64,000 bases of DNA, from positions 144,400,001 to 144,464,000 of the forward strand of contig CM059432.1 of the NCBI GenBank assembly GCA_030390025.1, given 5' to 3'. The notes below the pieces were generated by a model. It was not told the DNA's origin. It ran no database searches and saw only the letters and a program-made list of their open reading frames with translations. The position numbers and the translations under genes were made by a program. Origin of the DNA: Squalus acanthias. Its lineage: Eukaryota. This document shows positions 11,491 to 25,575 of this stretch, piece by piece (the stretch's first letter is position 1; each line of letters starts with the position of its first letter).

Positions 11491-12864
11491 ACCGGAAGTC
11501 CCCAGTAAACCTTTTTTAAAATCTGTTTATAACATGACACAACAGTGTGAATTACGCCAAAACACATCAGTCTGGATTTTACGATTGGCGGTAACATTAA
11601 CGCTGCTGTTACGATCTTGGGTTCTGCACAAGATAGCCTTGAGAGTTCAGCGTTAGTGGTCTCTCCCGTAAGCGGGTCCCGTGTCCCTTGGAGCGGGAGT
11701 TTACTCTTACTGCCCAATATCCAGTCTTATGATAGCATGCCCCTCAGCGTAACAATGCAAGCTCCTGGTCATACAACCTGAATATTGTAAACCTGTCAAT
11801 GCCTTCATGTGAAGTTCTCCAGTCTTCTGAAAGGTGATCTGATTAATGCTTCAGTGAGATAAGGCTGATTATAAATCATCAGGCTGATTTATTTTACAAA
11901 CAGCAAGTGAACAGTGTAATTTTTTTTAAGTAAATCTCACCTTGCTTCAACTTATTTTTGTAACACGCACAACAAAGAAAATAACAAACATGCCACATTG
12001 TCCATGTTAGTGAGCTAAATGCAGTCTTTTAACAGAAGACTCTCTGAAACTGGTCAGCCCTGACCTTAATGAGAGACATTCTCTCTGGCTTCATTCCCAG
12101 AACTCCAAACTGTGTGTTCTTATGTTCCCTTATTTCTCGGCTGGAAAGGAAGCCAAAGGCTTCACATCTGTCTCTCTCCCAGCTTTCCGTGTCCAACAAT
12201 TGGCCAACTGAAATGCCAATTAAACCAGCACCTAGCAAGAGGGTCCCCCGGCAACGAATCCCTGCTGAGTACAAGTGACCAGGGTTGTACCAACGTCACA
12301 TGTGTGAATGTAGACTATGATGTTTTTAATGGACCCTCACTGTCTCTAGCAACCTGGATAGACACTAAATCTGAATTCTAATCCACCTCCCCAGCCTGTG
12401 GCTGTGGACTTAAACCCGTGTGAGCGAAACTTAACTTAAAAATAACATTTTACTATAAATTGCACCAAAATCCTTCTATTGCCAAATAGTCAAAATATCC
12501 CGGAATGTGACAGTAATTTTAATAACTATACTCCCAGAAAATCTGTCACTCGAATCTGACATCATCACGAGGAAAATAACATGCAGGATTTGCTAGTTTA
12601 CTTTTTTCATGGAGTTTGTGTCCCTTTAAGAAGCGAAAGACAGATGTATGGGGTAAATCTTTCAGGGTTCAAACACCGAGTGCAGAGCCTGGCTCAACAG
12701 GTGATCCAGAGAACTGGGTGTGGAATTTCTGGTGCTCCCAGTGGTCAGTAAAATCAACGACCGGAAGATTGGGAATGTCGCTGACCTCTGGGCCCCAGTT
12801 GGATAGACACACACCCACCAAGTGAGATTGACCTGTCGGAGCGGAGCATCGCACAACGTGCTCT

Positions 12865-13000
12865 GTGAGAAGGTGGCCACAGGTCGCGAGTGCAGGTGCG
12901 AGAAGGTGGCCACAGGTCGAGACAGCGAGTGCGAGAAGATGGGCACAGGTGGTGAGAGCAGGTGTGATGAAGGTGGGCACAGGTTGAGAGAGCGGGTGTG
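12865..13000. repeat. Short degenerate 33-bp tandem repeat (~4 copies)
   Basis: GAGAAGGTGGCCACAGGTCG.GAG.GCAGGTG. repeated. Confidence 0.8.
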
Positions 13001-13094
13001 AGGAAGAGGGGAATTGAGGCACAGAAACGGAAAGAAACAGAAAAAATAGGAATGGAGAGAAAGTGAGATGTTTTAACACGCATTGAAAAAAACT

Positions 13095-14823
13095 TTGTTT
13101 TTTATTCGTATTTGGAATGTGGGCACCGCTGGCAAGGCCAGCATTTATTGCCCATCCCTAATTGCCTTGAGAAGGTGGTGGTGAGCCGCCTTCTTGAACC
13201 GCTGTAGTCCATGTGATGAAGGTACTCCCACAGTGCTGTTAGGTAGGGAGATCCAGGATTTTGACCCAGCGACGATTAAGGATCGGCGATATACTTCTAA
13301 GTCAGGATGGTGTGTGACTTGGAGGGGAACTTGGAGGCGGTGGTGTTCCCATGAGCTTGCTGCCCTTGTCCTTCTAGGTGGAAGAGGTCGCAGGTTTGGG
13401 AGTTGCTGCAGTGCATCTTGTAAATGGTACACACTGCAGCCACGGTACGCCGGTGGTGGAGAGGGTGGATGTTTAAGGTGGTGGATGGGGTGCCAATCAA
13501 GCGGGCAGCTTTGTCCTGGATGGTGTCGAGCTTCTTGAGTGTTGTTGGAGCTGCACTCATCCAGGCAAGTGGAGAGTATTCCATCACACTCCTTACTTGT
13601 GCCTTGTAGGTGGTGGAAAGGCTTTGGGGAGTCAGGAGGTGAGACACTCGCCGCAGAATACCTAGCCTCTGACCTGCTCTTGTTGCCACAGTATTTATGT
13701 GGCTGATCCAGTTAAGTTTCTAGTCAATGGTGACCCCCAGGATGTTGATGGTGGGGGATTCGGCGATGGTAATGCCATTGAAAGTCAAGGGGCGGTGGTT
13801 AGACTCTCGCTTGTTGGAGATAGTCATTCCCTGGCACTCCTGTGGCATGAATGTTACCTGCCACTTATCAGCCCAAGCCTGAACGTCGTCCAGGTCGTGT
13901 TGCATGAGGGCATGGACTGCTTCATTATCTGAGGGGTTGTAAATGGCGCTGAACACTGTGCAGTCATCAGCGAACATCCCATTTCTGACCTTATGTTGGA
14001 GGGAAGGTCATTGATGAAGCAGCTGAAGATGGTTGGGCCTAGGACACTGCCCTGAGGAACTCCTGCAGCGATGTCCTGGGGCTGTGATGATTGACCTTCA
14101 ACCACCACAACCATCTTCCTTTGTGCTAGGTATGACTCCAGCCAGTGGAGAGTTTTCCCCCCGATACCCATTGACTTCAGTTTTACTAGGGCTCCTTGAT
14201 GCCACACTTGGTCAAATGCTGCCTTGATGTCAAGGACAGTCACTCTCACCTCACCTCTGGAATTCAGGCTGTAATGAGGTCGGGAGCCGAGTGGTCTTGG
14301 TGGAACCCAAACTGGGCATCAGTGAGCAGGTTATTGGTGAGTAAGTGCCGCTTGATAGCACTGTTGATGACACCTTCCATCACTTTGCTGATGATTGAGA
14401 GTAGACTGATGGGGCGGTAATTGCCCGGGTTGGATTTGTCCTGCTTTTTGTGGGCAGGACATACCTGGGCAGTTGTCCACATTGTCAGATAGATGCCAGT
14501 GTTATAGCTGTACTGGAACAGCTTGGCTAGAGGCGCGGCTAGTTCTGGAGCACAAGTCTTCAGCATGACAGCTGGGATGATGTCGGGACCCATAGCCTTT
14601 GCTGTATCCAGTGTGCTCAGCCGTTTCTTGATATCACGTGGAGTGAATCGAATTGGCTGAAGATTGGCTTCTGTGGTGGTGGGGACCGCAGGAGGAGGCC
14701 GATATGGATCATCCACTCGGCACTTCTGGCTGGAGATGGTTGCAAACGCTTCAGCCTTGTCTTTTGCACTCATGTGCTGGGCTCCACCATCACTGAGGAT
14801 GGGGATATTCAAGGAGCCTCCTC
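13095..14823 (-). mobile_element. 5'-truncated CR1/L2-group LINE (RT pseudogene), same family as 40139-41969
   Basis: ORF pieces with KAMGPD, NYRPISLL, DIKAAFD, GVPQGSVLGP, FADD; frameshifts; A-rich tail at ~13095. Confidence 0.9.
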
Positions 14824-15364
14824 ATGCGCCAACTGTTAAATACGCTAGAGTCTAAACAGATAGTACAGCCAAGCACGATGACTTTACAAGGAGAGTCCTG
14901 GAGTGTCATTCTTATTCACCCAGGTTGTTAGATGGCCTAATCTAGGATGAGAGCTCTTTACTGAACCTGGATACATGTCACCAGGGATCAACTTGCTCCT
15001 CCTTTAGTTCACAACACCTTCCGGGAACAACAATACTGAACAAAAACTCTCCAAGTTATTGAACGCCTGATCATTCTTGCTGGATGGAGATAGAAGATCA
15101 GCTCCAATCTGATTAAATCTTCCTCCATTTCTGAGGATTGGCTGCTTACAGAATCATAGCTGCTGTGGGTTCATGACATTGGACCAGCGTGCACTGAAAT
15201 CGTGCAGGTGATCGATCCGGGAATTGGTTTACACACAATATGGGTCAGAGCCGACTGCCCAGAGTCCTGGGATTGGGACCCATACCCTTCCAACTTTTTA
15301 AATCTACGTACTGGATCCAGAATTTCCTGCATATCATTTTTTGATAAACCTGCCACGAGGATGT

Positions 15365-15755
15365 TGCAGGAAAGGCTGAACAGGCCGGGGATCTTTTCTC
15401 TAAAAGAGAAGGCTGAGGGGGTGACCTGATAGAGGTCTTTAAGATTATGAAAGGGTTTGATGGGATAGACGTAGAGAAAACGTTTCCACTTGTGGGGGAG
15501 ACCAGAACTAGGGGCCATCGATATAGGATAATCACCAATAAATCCAATAGAAAATTCAGGAGAAATCTCTTTACCCAGAGAGTGGTGAGAATGTCGAACT
15601 CACTACCACAGGGAGTAGTTGAGGCGAATAACATAGATACATTTAAAGGGAGAAAGGATTAGAAGGATATGCTGATAGGGTGAGGTGAAGTAGGGTGGGC
15701 GGAGGCTCGTGTGGAGCAGAGGCCAGTTGGGCCGAATGGTTGTAAATTCTATGAT
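15365..15755 (+). mobile_element. CR1 LINE 3' fragment
   Basis: ORF 15447-15662 ...TRTRGHRY...FTQRVVRMSNSLP. Confidence 0.85.
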
Positions 15756-17464
15756 AATCTTGTAGTTCGAATATTAGTGTACACTAAGGACATGTAGTGT
15801 TCGCACAGGGACACTGACAAGTCATTACCAGTGCAAAAACAGACAGAAATATTAATCAATCTCTCCTCCATAGATAAAATAAAACGACAAATATTCTAAA
15901 CAACAGCTCCCGACGGGTGAGTTCATGGCTGTAATCTAATCGCAGGTTCAGCTAATGGCTACAGACCACGGGAACTTCACTTAGTCAGTCTAAGGTATCA
16001 TGTGATGCCCTCCATTAGATTATTGTAATCGTGCTGAGGTACACATTATTCCACATGTAATGGTCTAGTTTAACTTGCTGTCTTTTTTTTTAATGTGGTC
16101 ACATTGGGGCAAGTAATTTGTAAATAAGGACAATAGCCAATGGAAGTGGGATGTGCCAGGTTATTGGAAATGATTGGGTATTTGCTGACATCAGACTGTG
16201 CACAACTTGTTCTTGTGTCCCCAACTTTCCCAGTTCCCACACGCGACCCCTCAGCTTTAAAGGGGAGGCGTGTTCCATTAGATCCCTCGACACGAGATCC
16301 TGGGTCAGCTGCAGCTGTTGGCACTGCTGGAGTGGTTAGTTACGAGTGCTCCTCATCACCCAATGGCAGGGGGCAGTCTGACCATCCCGCAGTCCGAGGC
16401 TGGGACCTCTTGCTGATCGTGCAGCTGCTCCGTGTCATTGGACATGCTCAACGGAAGCTCGAACCCCCCCAGGAGGGTGAAGGGAAGAGCACCAGGAAAA
16501 GCGCAGCCCGGGAGATTCTATCAGACGGAAAGTCGTGGGCTGCACGCCTGGAATGTTCTGTGCGCACCTTGCGAGCATCAGTCCCCTCTGGGAGCGCTGG
16601 ACCATGGGCATGCCCCTCGAGACCCATCCTTGGGCTGCTCTGTGCCTCTCCCTGTGGCAGGTGGCATCATCAAAAGGTCTAGGAGCTCTGGGCCCGCTCC
16701 TCCTCTCTGCCGTGGATAGGGGGTTGTTTGGGGGGGCGGGGAGAAAATAAGACAACTTGAAGAGCGAATCTCACGCTACAAAATAACTAGAAATTGTTAC
16801 GTTGCTTTGCCTGAATACCGTGAAGACGCAAACTATTAAATAGATCCACATTTTTCGGATCTCCTTACTGTGCCTCTATTTCAAAAAATGCATGCAGGGT
16901 GATGTAAGAAAACTACCAGGCACTTGGTTTAAGCGTTAAACAAAGCTTTAATCAACTGTTTTTCAACATGGAGATCTAGTTGTGTCCTTCAAAGTTCCTG
17001 TTAAAGAATGTCCTGAGCAAGCTGGGCCCATGCCCAAGTATTTATACTCTCCCTGGACAGCGCCACCAGCAGGCCGCCCAGTATTACTTCATAAGTCATT
17101 TCCACATGAATGACAAGATTCATGTCACAGGGTTCTTCTGATTCCACGCTGTGACTTCGGCAGAAACCACACCGAGACTGCAGTAATGGCCAATTTGTCT
17201 GGGGTTTCCACTGATCTTATGCCCGAGTTACACCCAGAGAACACCTGGAAATCCTGGGGAATATTAAAGCTCCAACACTGAGGAAATACAAGGTGTCCAC
17301 TTGGTAACGCAGCGCAGGCAATAACTCACTTTTCATACGTAGTCCAATATAAGGAGATCGTCTTTGGAAAACATGTGGTCATTTTAAAATGTAACCAATT
17401 AGAAATCCAGACTGATGAGTCGACATCAGGAGGACGTACGTCACTTGCACTGACTTTTAAAACA

Positions 17465-17985
17465 TTAATTCTCAGGAGATGGGCGTCGCTGGCAAGGCCG
17501 GCATTTATTGCCCATCACTAGTTGGCCTAAGAAAGGAAGATGGTCCTTTTTCTTGAACCGCTGCAGTCCTTGTACTGACAGTGCTTCCATGATGGTGTTA
17601 TGTGGCGTTCCAGGATATTGACCCAGCGACGGTGAAGGAACGGCAAAAAATGCCCAAGTCAGGGTGGGGAGTGACTTGGAGCGAAACTTGGAATTGCTGC
17701 TCTTGTCCTTCGAGGTGGGAGAGGCCACAGGGGAGGGAGGAGAAGCCTTGGTGAGTTGCCGTAGTGCATCCTGTAGATAGTACACACTGCAGCCACGGTA
17801 AGCCAGTGGTGGAGGGACTGATATTGAGTCCAGTGCTGGGGTGCCGGTCAAGTGGCCTGCCCTGTCCTGGATGGTGTTGAGCATTGTTGGAGATGCAGCC
17901 ACCCTGGTGAATGGTGAGTATCCCATCACATTCCTGATGTGAGCCTTTATATGGTGGAGAGGCTTTGAGGGGTCAGGAGATGAGC
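17465..17985 (-). mobile_element. Older, degenerate 3' fragment related to the 13.1 kb LINE
   Basis: Tail GGGCGTCGCTGGCAAGGCCGGCATTTATTGCCCATC and RT C-terminal remnants. Confidence 0.75.
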
Positions 17986-18597
17986 TTTGTAACTGAAGAC
18001 TGCAAATAAATGAGGAATTAGGCGGTGCAGTGTGTTACACGCTGCTCTTTAACTCCTGGGACCTTGCACCAGATTGAGGCGATGAAGTCTTTTCTTGCCA
18101 ACTATAAAAGTCCTGAATGAAATTGCTTTGGACAGTCTCATTCTAATTTCTACTTGGCCAAAGTCCACTGCACAAAACTGCCTGTAATTCAGCACAGATT
18201 GCAGCTAAACTGGCAGCTTTACACCTTGTTTATTAACCCAAACAGGAGCTGAGATTTCCCCCTCAAAAAAGTGGGTGACTTGGCTCCAACCCGTGTCGAT
18301 AAACAGTTGTTTCAAATTCTTTAAGTGCAGAGCTGCAACCCATATAAACAGGGCAGGGCGTCCGGATGAATTTTCACCACACAAATCCAAAAAAAAACAT
18401 GAAATGGAGCTTTTGTAGCTACATTACAGAGGCGGCTAGCTGCTAATTCAGATCCTGGCTGGACCAAGAGGGCGGGATTCTCTTCAGTGCTCAGCTGTAG
18501 CAACCCAGAGGAAGTGAGTCTTCCCCCAGTTCAGGCTGCCAGGGTAAGAAAAGGCATTCAGGTCCGCTGGTGCTTACCCTGCCCATTAGACAGTGCC

Positions 18598-21500
18598 ACC
18601 TCACGCACAACCCTCCCCAATCCCTCACACACTCCCACCAATCCCTCACACACTCCCACCAATCCCTCACACACTCCCCCCAATCACTCACATACTGCCT
18701 CCCCAATCCCTCACACACTCCCACCAATCCCTCACACACTCCCCCCATCCCTCACACACTCCTCCCAATCCCTCACACACTCCCCCAATCCCTCACACAC
18801 TCCCCCCAAACACTCACATACTGCCTCCCCAATCCCTCACACACTCCCCCCAATCACTCACATACTGCCTCTCCAATCCCTCACACACTCCCCCCAATCC
18901 CTCACACACTCCCCCCAATCCCTCACACACTCCCCCCAATCCCTCACACACTCCCCCCAATCCCTCACACACTGCCTCCCCAATCCCTCACACACTGCCT
19001 CCCCAATCCCTCACACACTCCCCCCAATCCCTCACACACTCCCCCCAATCCCTCACACACTCCCCCCAATCCCTCACGCACAACCCTCCCCAATCACTCA
19101 CGCACAACCCCCCCCACTCACACACAACCCCCCCAATCACTCACACTCCCCCCCAATCACTCACACTCCCCCCCAATCCCTCACACACTCCCCCCAATCA
19201 CTCACACACTCCCCCCAATCCCTCACACACTCCCCCCAATCCCTCACACACTCCCCCCAATCACTCACATACTGCCTCCCCAATCCCTCACACACTCCCC
19301 CCAATCCCTCACACACTCCCCCCAATCACTCACACATTCCCCCCAATCACTCACACACTCCTCCCCATCACTCACACACTCCCCCCAATCCCTCACACAC
19401 TGCCTCCCCAATCCCTCACGCACAACCCTCCCCAATCACTCACACACAACCCCCCCCAAACACTCACACACTCCCCCCCAAACACTCACACACAACCCCC
19501 CCCAAACACTCACACACTCCCCCCCCAAACACTCACACACAACCCCCCCAATCACTCACACACTCCCCCCCAATCACTCACACACAACCCCCCCAAACAC
19601 TCACACACTCCCCCCCCAAACACTCACACACAACCCCCCCAAACACTCACACACAACCCCCCCAAACACTCACACACTCCCCCCCAAACACTCACACACA
19701 ACCCCCCCAATCACTCACACTCCCCCCAATCACACACACTCCCCCCAATCCCTCACACACTCCCCCCCCAATCACTCACACACTCCCCCCAATCCCTCAC
19801 ACACTCCCCCCCAATCACTCACACACTCCCCCCAATCACTCACACTCCCCCCAATCACTCACACACTCCCCCCCCAATCCCTCACACACTCCCCCCATCA
19901 CTCACACACTCCCCCCAATCCCTCACACACTCCCCCCAATCCCTCACACACTCCCCCCAATCACTCACACACTCCCCCCAATCCCTCACACACTCCCCCC
20001 AATCACTCACACACTCCCCCCCAATCACTCACACTCCCCCCAATCACTCACACACTCCCCCCCAATCACTCACACACTCCCCCCAATCACTCACACACTC
20101 CCCCCAATCACTCACATACTGCCTCCCCAATCACTCACACTCCCCCCAATCACTCACACACACTCCCCCCAATCACTCACACTCCCCCCAATCACTCACA
20201 CACTCCCCCCAATCACTCACACTCCCCCCAATCACTCACACACTCCCCCCCAATCCCTCACACACTCCCCCCAATCACTCACACACTCCCCCCAATCCCT
20301 CACACACTCCCCCCAATCACTCACATACTGCCTCCCCAATCCCTCACACACTCCCCCCAATCACTCACACACTCCCCCCCAATCCCTCACACACTCCCCC
20401 CAATCACTCACATACTGCCTCCCCAATCCCTCACACACTCCCCCCAATCACTCACACACTCCCCCCAATCACTCACACACTCCCCCCAATCACTCACACT
20501 CCCCCCAATCACTCACACACACTCCCCCCAATCACTCACACTCCCCCCAATCACTCACACACTCCCCCCCAATCCCTCACACACTCCCCCCAATCACTCA
20601 CACACTCCCCCCAATCCCTCACACACGGCCTCCCCAATCCCTCACATACTGCCTCCCCAATCCCTCACACACTCCCACCAATCCCTCACACACTCCCCCC
20701 AATCCCTCACACACTCCCCCCAATCCCTCACACACTCCCCCCAATCACTCACATACTGCCTCCCCAATCCCTCACACACTCCCCCCAATCCCTCACACAC
20801 TCCCCCAATCGCTCACACACTCCCCCCAATCCCTCACGCACAACCCTCCCCAATCACTCACACACAACCCCCCCAATCACTCACACTCCCCCCCCAATCA
20901 CTCACACACTCCCCCAATCACTCACACACTCCCCCCAATCACTCACACACTCCCCCAATCACTCACACTCCCCCCAATCCCTCACACTCCCCCCAATCCC
21001 TCACACACTCCCCCCAATCCCTCACACACTGCCTCCCCAATCCCTCACACACTCCCCCCAATCCCTCACACACTGCCTCCCCAATCCCTCACGCACAACC
21101 CTCCCCAAACACTCACACACAACCCCCCCAATCCCTCACGCACAACCCTCCCCAAACACTCACACACTCCCCCCCCAAACACTCACACACAACCCCCCCC
21201 AAACACTCACACACTCCCCCCCCCCAAACACTCACACACTCCCCCCCCAAACACTCACACACAACCCCCCCAATCACTCACACACTCCCCCCCAATCCCT
21301 CACACACTCCCCCCAATCACTCACACACTCCCCCCAATCCCTCACACACGGCCTCCCCAATCCCTCACATACTGCCTCCCCAATCCCTCACACACTCCCA
21401 CCAATCCCTCACACACTCCCCCCAATCCCTCACACACTCCCCCCAATCCCTCACACACTCCCCCCAATCACTCACATACTGCCTCCCCAATCCCTCACAC

Positions 21501-23112
21501 ACTCCCCCCAATCCCTCACACACTCCCCCCAATCGCTCACACACTCCCCCCAATCCCTCACGCACAACCCTCCCCAATCACTCACACACAACCCCCCCAA
21601 TCACTCACACTCCCCCCCCAATCACTCACACACTCCCCCAATCACTCACACACTCCCCCCAATCACTCACACACTCCCCCAATCACTCACACTCCCCCCA
21701 ATCCCTCACACTCCCCCCAATCCCTCACACACTCCCCCCAATCCCTCACACACTGCCTCCCCAATCCCTCACACACTCCCCCCAATCCCTCACACACTGC
21801 CTCCCCAATCCCTCACGCACAACCCTCCCCAAACACTCACACACAACCCCCCCAATCCCTCACGCACAACCCTCCCCAAACACTCACACACTCCCCCCCC
21901 AAACACTCACACACAACCCCCCCCAAACACTCACACACTCCCCCCCCCCAAACACTCACACACTCCCCCCCCAAACACTCACACACAACCCCCCCAATCA
22001 CTCACACACTCCCCCCCAATCCCTCACACACTCCCCCCCCAATCACTCACACACTCCCCCCCCAAACACTCACACACTCCCCCCCAATCCCTCACACACT
22101 CCCATCACTCACACACTCCCCCCAATCACTCACACACTCCCCCCATCACTCACACACTCCCCCCAATCACTCACACACTCCCCCCAATCACTCACACACT
22201 CCCCCCAATCCCTCACACTCCCCCCATCACTCACACACTCCCCCCCAATCCCTCACGCACAACCCTCCCCAAACACTCACACACTCCCCCCCCAAACACT
22301 CACACACAACCCCCCCCAAACACTCACACACTCCCCCCCCAATCACTCACACACTCCCCCCCAATCCCTCACACACTCCCCCCAATCACTCACACACTCC
22401 CCCCAATCCCTCACACACTCCCCCCAATCCCTCACACACTCCCCCCAATCCCTCACACACTCCCCCCAATCCCTCACACACTCCCCCCAATCCCTCACAC
22501 TCCCCCCAATCCCTCACACACTCCCCCCAATCACTCACACACTCCCCCCAATCACTCACACTCCCCCCAATCACTCACACTCCCCCCAATCACTCACACA
22601 CTCCCCCCAATCACTCACACACTCCCCCCAATCACTCACACACTCCCCCCAATCACTCACACACTCCCCCCAATCACTCACACACTCCCCCCAATCACTC
22701 ACACACTCCCCCCCAATCACTCACACACTCCCCCCAATCACTCACACACTCCCCCCCAATCACTCACACACTCCCCCCAATCACTCACACACTCCCCCCA
22801 ATCACTCACACACTCCCCCCAATCACTCACACACTCCCCCCAATCCCTCACACACTCCCCCCAATCCCTCACACACTCCCCCCAATCCCTCACGCACAAC
22901 CCCCCCATCACTCACACACTCCCCCCAATCACTCACACTCCCCCCAATCACTCACACACAACCCCCCCAAACACTCACACACAACCCCCCCAAACACTCA
23001 CACACAACCCCCCCAAACACTCACACACAACCCCCCCCAATCCCTCACGCTCTACCCCCCCAAACTCTCATTCTCTACCCCCCCAATCCCTCAGGCACTA
23101 CCCTCCCCAATC
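18598..23112. repeat. ~21-bp C-rich minisatellite, 4.5 kb
   Basis: Unit C[C/A]TCACACACTCCCCCCAATC with variants (ACTGCCTCCCC, ACAACCC, AAACAC). Confidence 0.95.
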
Positions 23113-23284
23113 CTGAGTGACGCCATCTTCTTGGGAAGACAACATAAAGGGAAAAAGTGGCCGATATCAGGAAACACTCTGGAAAATTCTTCCCCGACAC
23201 CCTAAAGCAAACAATCAAACTCAAAGGGCGCAGGGGCCACATCACCAGACGGATTTCACTTCCAAAGCACAAGTTCCCAATCCC

Positions 23285-23410
23285 ATTAATTTCCTACATT
23301 ATATCTGTGACTACACTTCAAAAAAAATTACTTCATTCGCTGTAAAGCGCTTTGGGACATCATGAAGTTGTAAAAGGTGCTATATAAATGCACGTCTCTC
23401 TTTCTTTCCT
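23285..23410 (+). mobile_element. DeuSINE 3' tail fragment
   Basis: TTCCTACATT...GACTACACTTCAAAA...TGTAAAGCGCTTTGGGACATC...AAAGGTGCTATATAAATGCA then TC-rich tail. Confidence 0.75.
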
Positions 23411-23434
23411 TGGAACCTCTAGAGGACACAGGAT

Positions 23435-23592
23435 GGGGGTAGCAGTGAAATTGGTATTGGGCGTTAGCACAAAAGCGGTGATAGCGAATCAACAGCCCGT
23501 TTTACACTTTATTGAAGTCAATGGAAAATAAAATCAGGCGGCCGATTTGTTCCCACCCGTTGTGCGCTAACAGACAAGACCAATTTCACCCC
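23435..23592. mobile_element. Palindromic MITE-like element
   Basis: GTGAAATTGGT...GTTAGCACAA versus TTGTGCGCTAAC...ACCAATTTCAC; centre ATTGAAGTCAAT. Confidence 0.65.
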
Positions 23593-25167
23593 GTGGTCTG
23601 TCCTCATAACCTACAGGCACCTTGGGAACGGAGCGTGCCTGCATGAACTACAAGTGTGGACTACAAAAATAACAATGGGGTGAATTTCCTGGTGTCTTCT
23701 CCCGCTCCAGACCGTAAGCAGGGTCTCCGCCGAACTTGCAGCGATGGAATCCTCAAGGAAATTCCCGCGGAATGTCTCTAAGAGTTAAGAGATATTGCGA
23801 TCGTTTTTCTCTTTAATGAGAGAGATGGTGCAAAGTGCTTTGTTCCCAATTGGGAAAAGCCTATCAAAGAAGTTTCTCCAAGACTTGAACCATGGATGAA
23901 GTGGAGGAAGATCTCAGTCCTGATAGTGGAAGAGGCAGATGAAACCAATCCAGGAAGTGCCGATGGCTTTGGGTGAAGGAACACTTGGGACAGGATGTTA
24001 AGGTCCTTCAGGAGCTTTCCTTCAAAGCAGTAAATCTCATGGTCTACAGAGAGGCGCCTGGGCAGGCAATCCCATCATCACTCCCAGGAAACCAACAAAG
24101 TGGGAAAACATAGAAACAACAAATAAGTAACACCCCGGGCTTTCTACAGGAACTGGTCTCATCCAACTGAAACCCAAACGCACACACTTTCTGGGGAGAG
24201 TTGCTGCAGAGCAATTAGAGCAGGAAGTCCTGATCAATTTATTCTCCTCCCAAGTACAGGAGGTACTGAGACCAAGTGTAATATTGCCACTGCTGCCCTC
24301 TCTGATATCATCCAAACACAGCACAAGCCAGCACCGAACTTGAGAGCTTCCTGATCTGGTTCAGTAACGCACCAGGTGATGTATTTACTAATTGAGTCAT
24401 TAGGAAGGATTCAGAACATGGTTTCAGCCACACAATCATTCAGGTTTACACTCCAGTGATGGATCATCATAACCAAGCAATTAAATATTCTATAACAAAC
24501 TTCAAAGCCCAGTGGAAGTGTACACCACTGTGATAGCTAATGGTTAAAGTAGAGATTAGTGCCAGTATTCACCAGCAAGCCATCGTGGGGAACACTGTTT
24601 CTGGAACGTAATTCCACAAGTCTTTCAGTGATGGAGAAGGCAGAATGCTGCAGTCTCGTCAGATGAACAATCTCAAGATAATAAAAAGGATATCGAGGCA
24701 CAGTAGAAGGTGCAAGAAAAGATTTACAAGGATGATACCAGGACTGAGAGGTTATGCCTATCAGGAAAGGTTGAACAGCCTGGGGCTCTTTTCTCTTGAA
24801 AAGAGAAGGCTGAGGGGAGACCTGATAGAGGTCTTTAGGGTTCGATAGGGTAGACATAGAGAAGATGTTTCCTCTTGTGGGGGAGCCCAAAACTAGGAAC
24901 CATAAATATAAGATAGTCACTAATAAATCCAATAAGGAACTCAGGAGAAACTTCTTTACCCAGAGAGTGGTTAGAATGTGGAACTCGCTACCACATGAAG
25001 TAGTTGAGGCGAATAGCACACATGCATTTTAAGGGGAAGCTAGATAAGCACATGAGGGAGAAAAGAATAGAACAATAGCAAAATATTGCAGATGCTGGAA
25101 ATCTGAAATAACAACAAAATGCTGGAAACACTCAGCAGGTCAGGCAGCATCGAGGAGAGAGAAACTG

Positions 25168-25204
25168 AGTCAACGTTTCGGGTCGAGGACCCTTCGTCAG
25201 AACT
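25168..25204 (-). ncRNA. Minimal hammerhead ribozyme (PLE family 2)
   Basis: AGUU-CUGACGA-A-GGGUC(CUC)GACCC-GAAA-CG-UU-GACU. Confidence 0.72.
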
Positions 25205-25575
25205 GGAAAAGGTTAGAGAAGAGAAATTTTTAAGCAAGTGCAGGGACAGAGACAAGGAGGAGGGGAGGAAAGAACAAAGGGAAGGTCTGTGATAGGCTGG
25301 AAGGCAGGAGAGATTGACTGACAAAAGGGATGATGGTGCAAGGCAAAAAGAGAGGTAATGGGACAAGTTAAGAAACAAAAGATGACTCGAGATGAGGTGT
25401 AAATGGTGATGGCAGAATCATCAACAGCTGCCATGAGAGAAAAAAAGGGAAAAAAATATTGGGGACGAGGTTATGGTCTGAAATTGTTGAACTCGATGTT
25501 AAGTCCAGAAGGCTGTAAAGTACCTAATCGAAAGACATTTAAGCATAAAGGCACTTTACAGCCTTCTGGACTTAA

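Noticed and set aside
16140..16755. GC-rich ORFs on both strands
   Set aside because: No recognisable domain or consistent splice sites.
17410..17440. CTGATGAG hammerhead-like core
   Set aside because: No stem II followed by GAAA.
18487..23205. 1500-aa Pro/His/Thr-rich ORFs (extensin- or mucin-like)
   Set aside because: Open in all three + frames because the C/A-rich repeat lacks stops; frequent indels shift frames; no splice or domain evidence.
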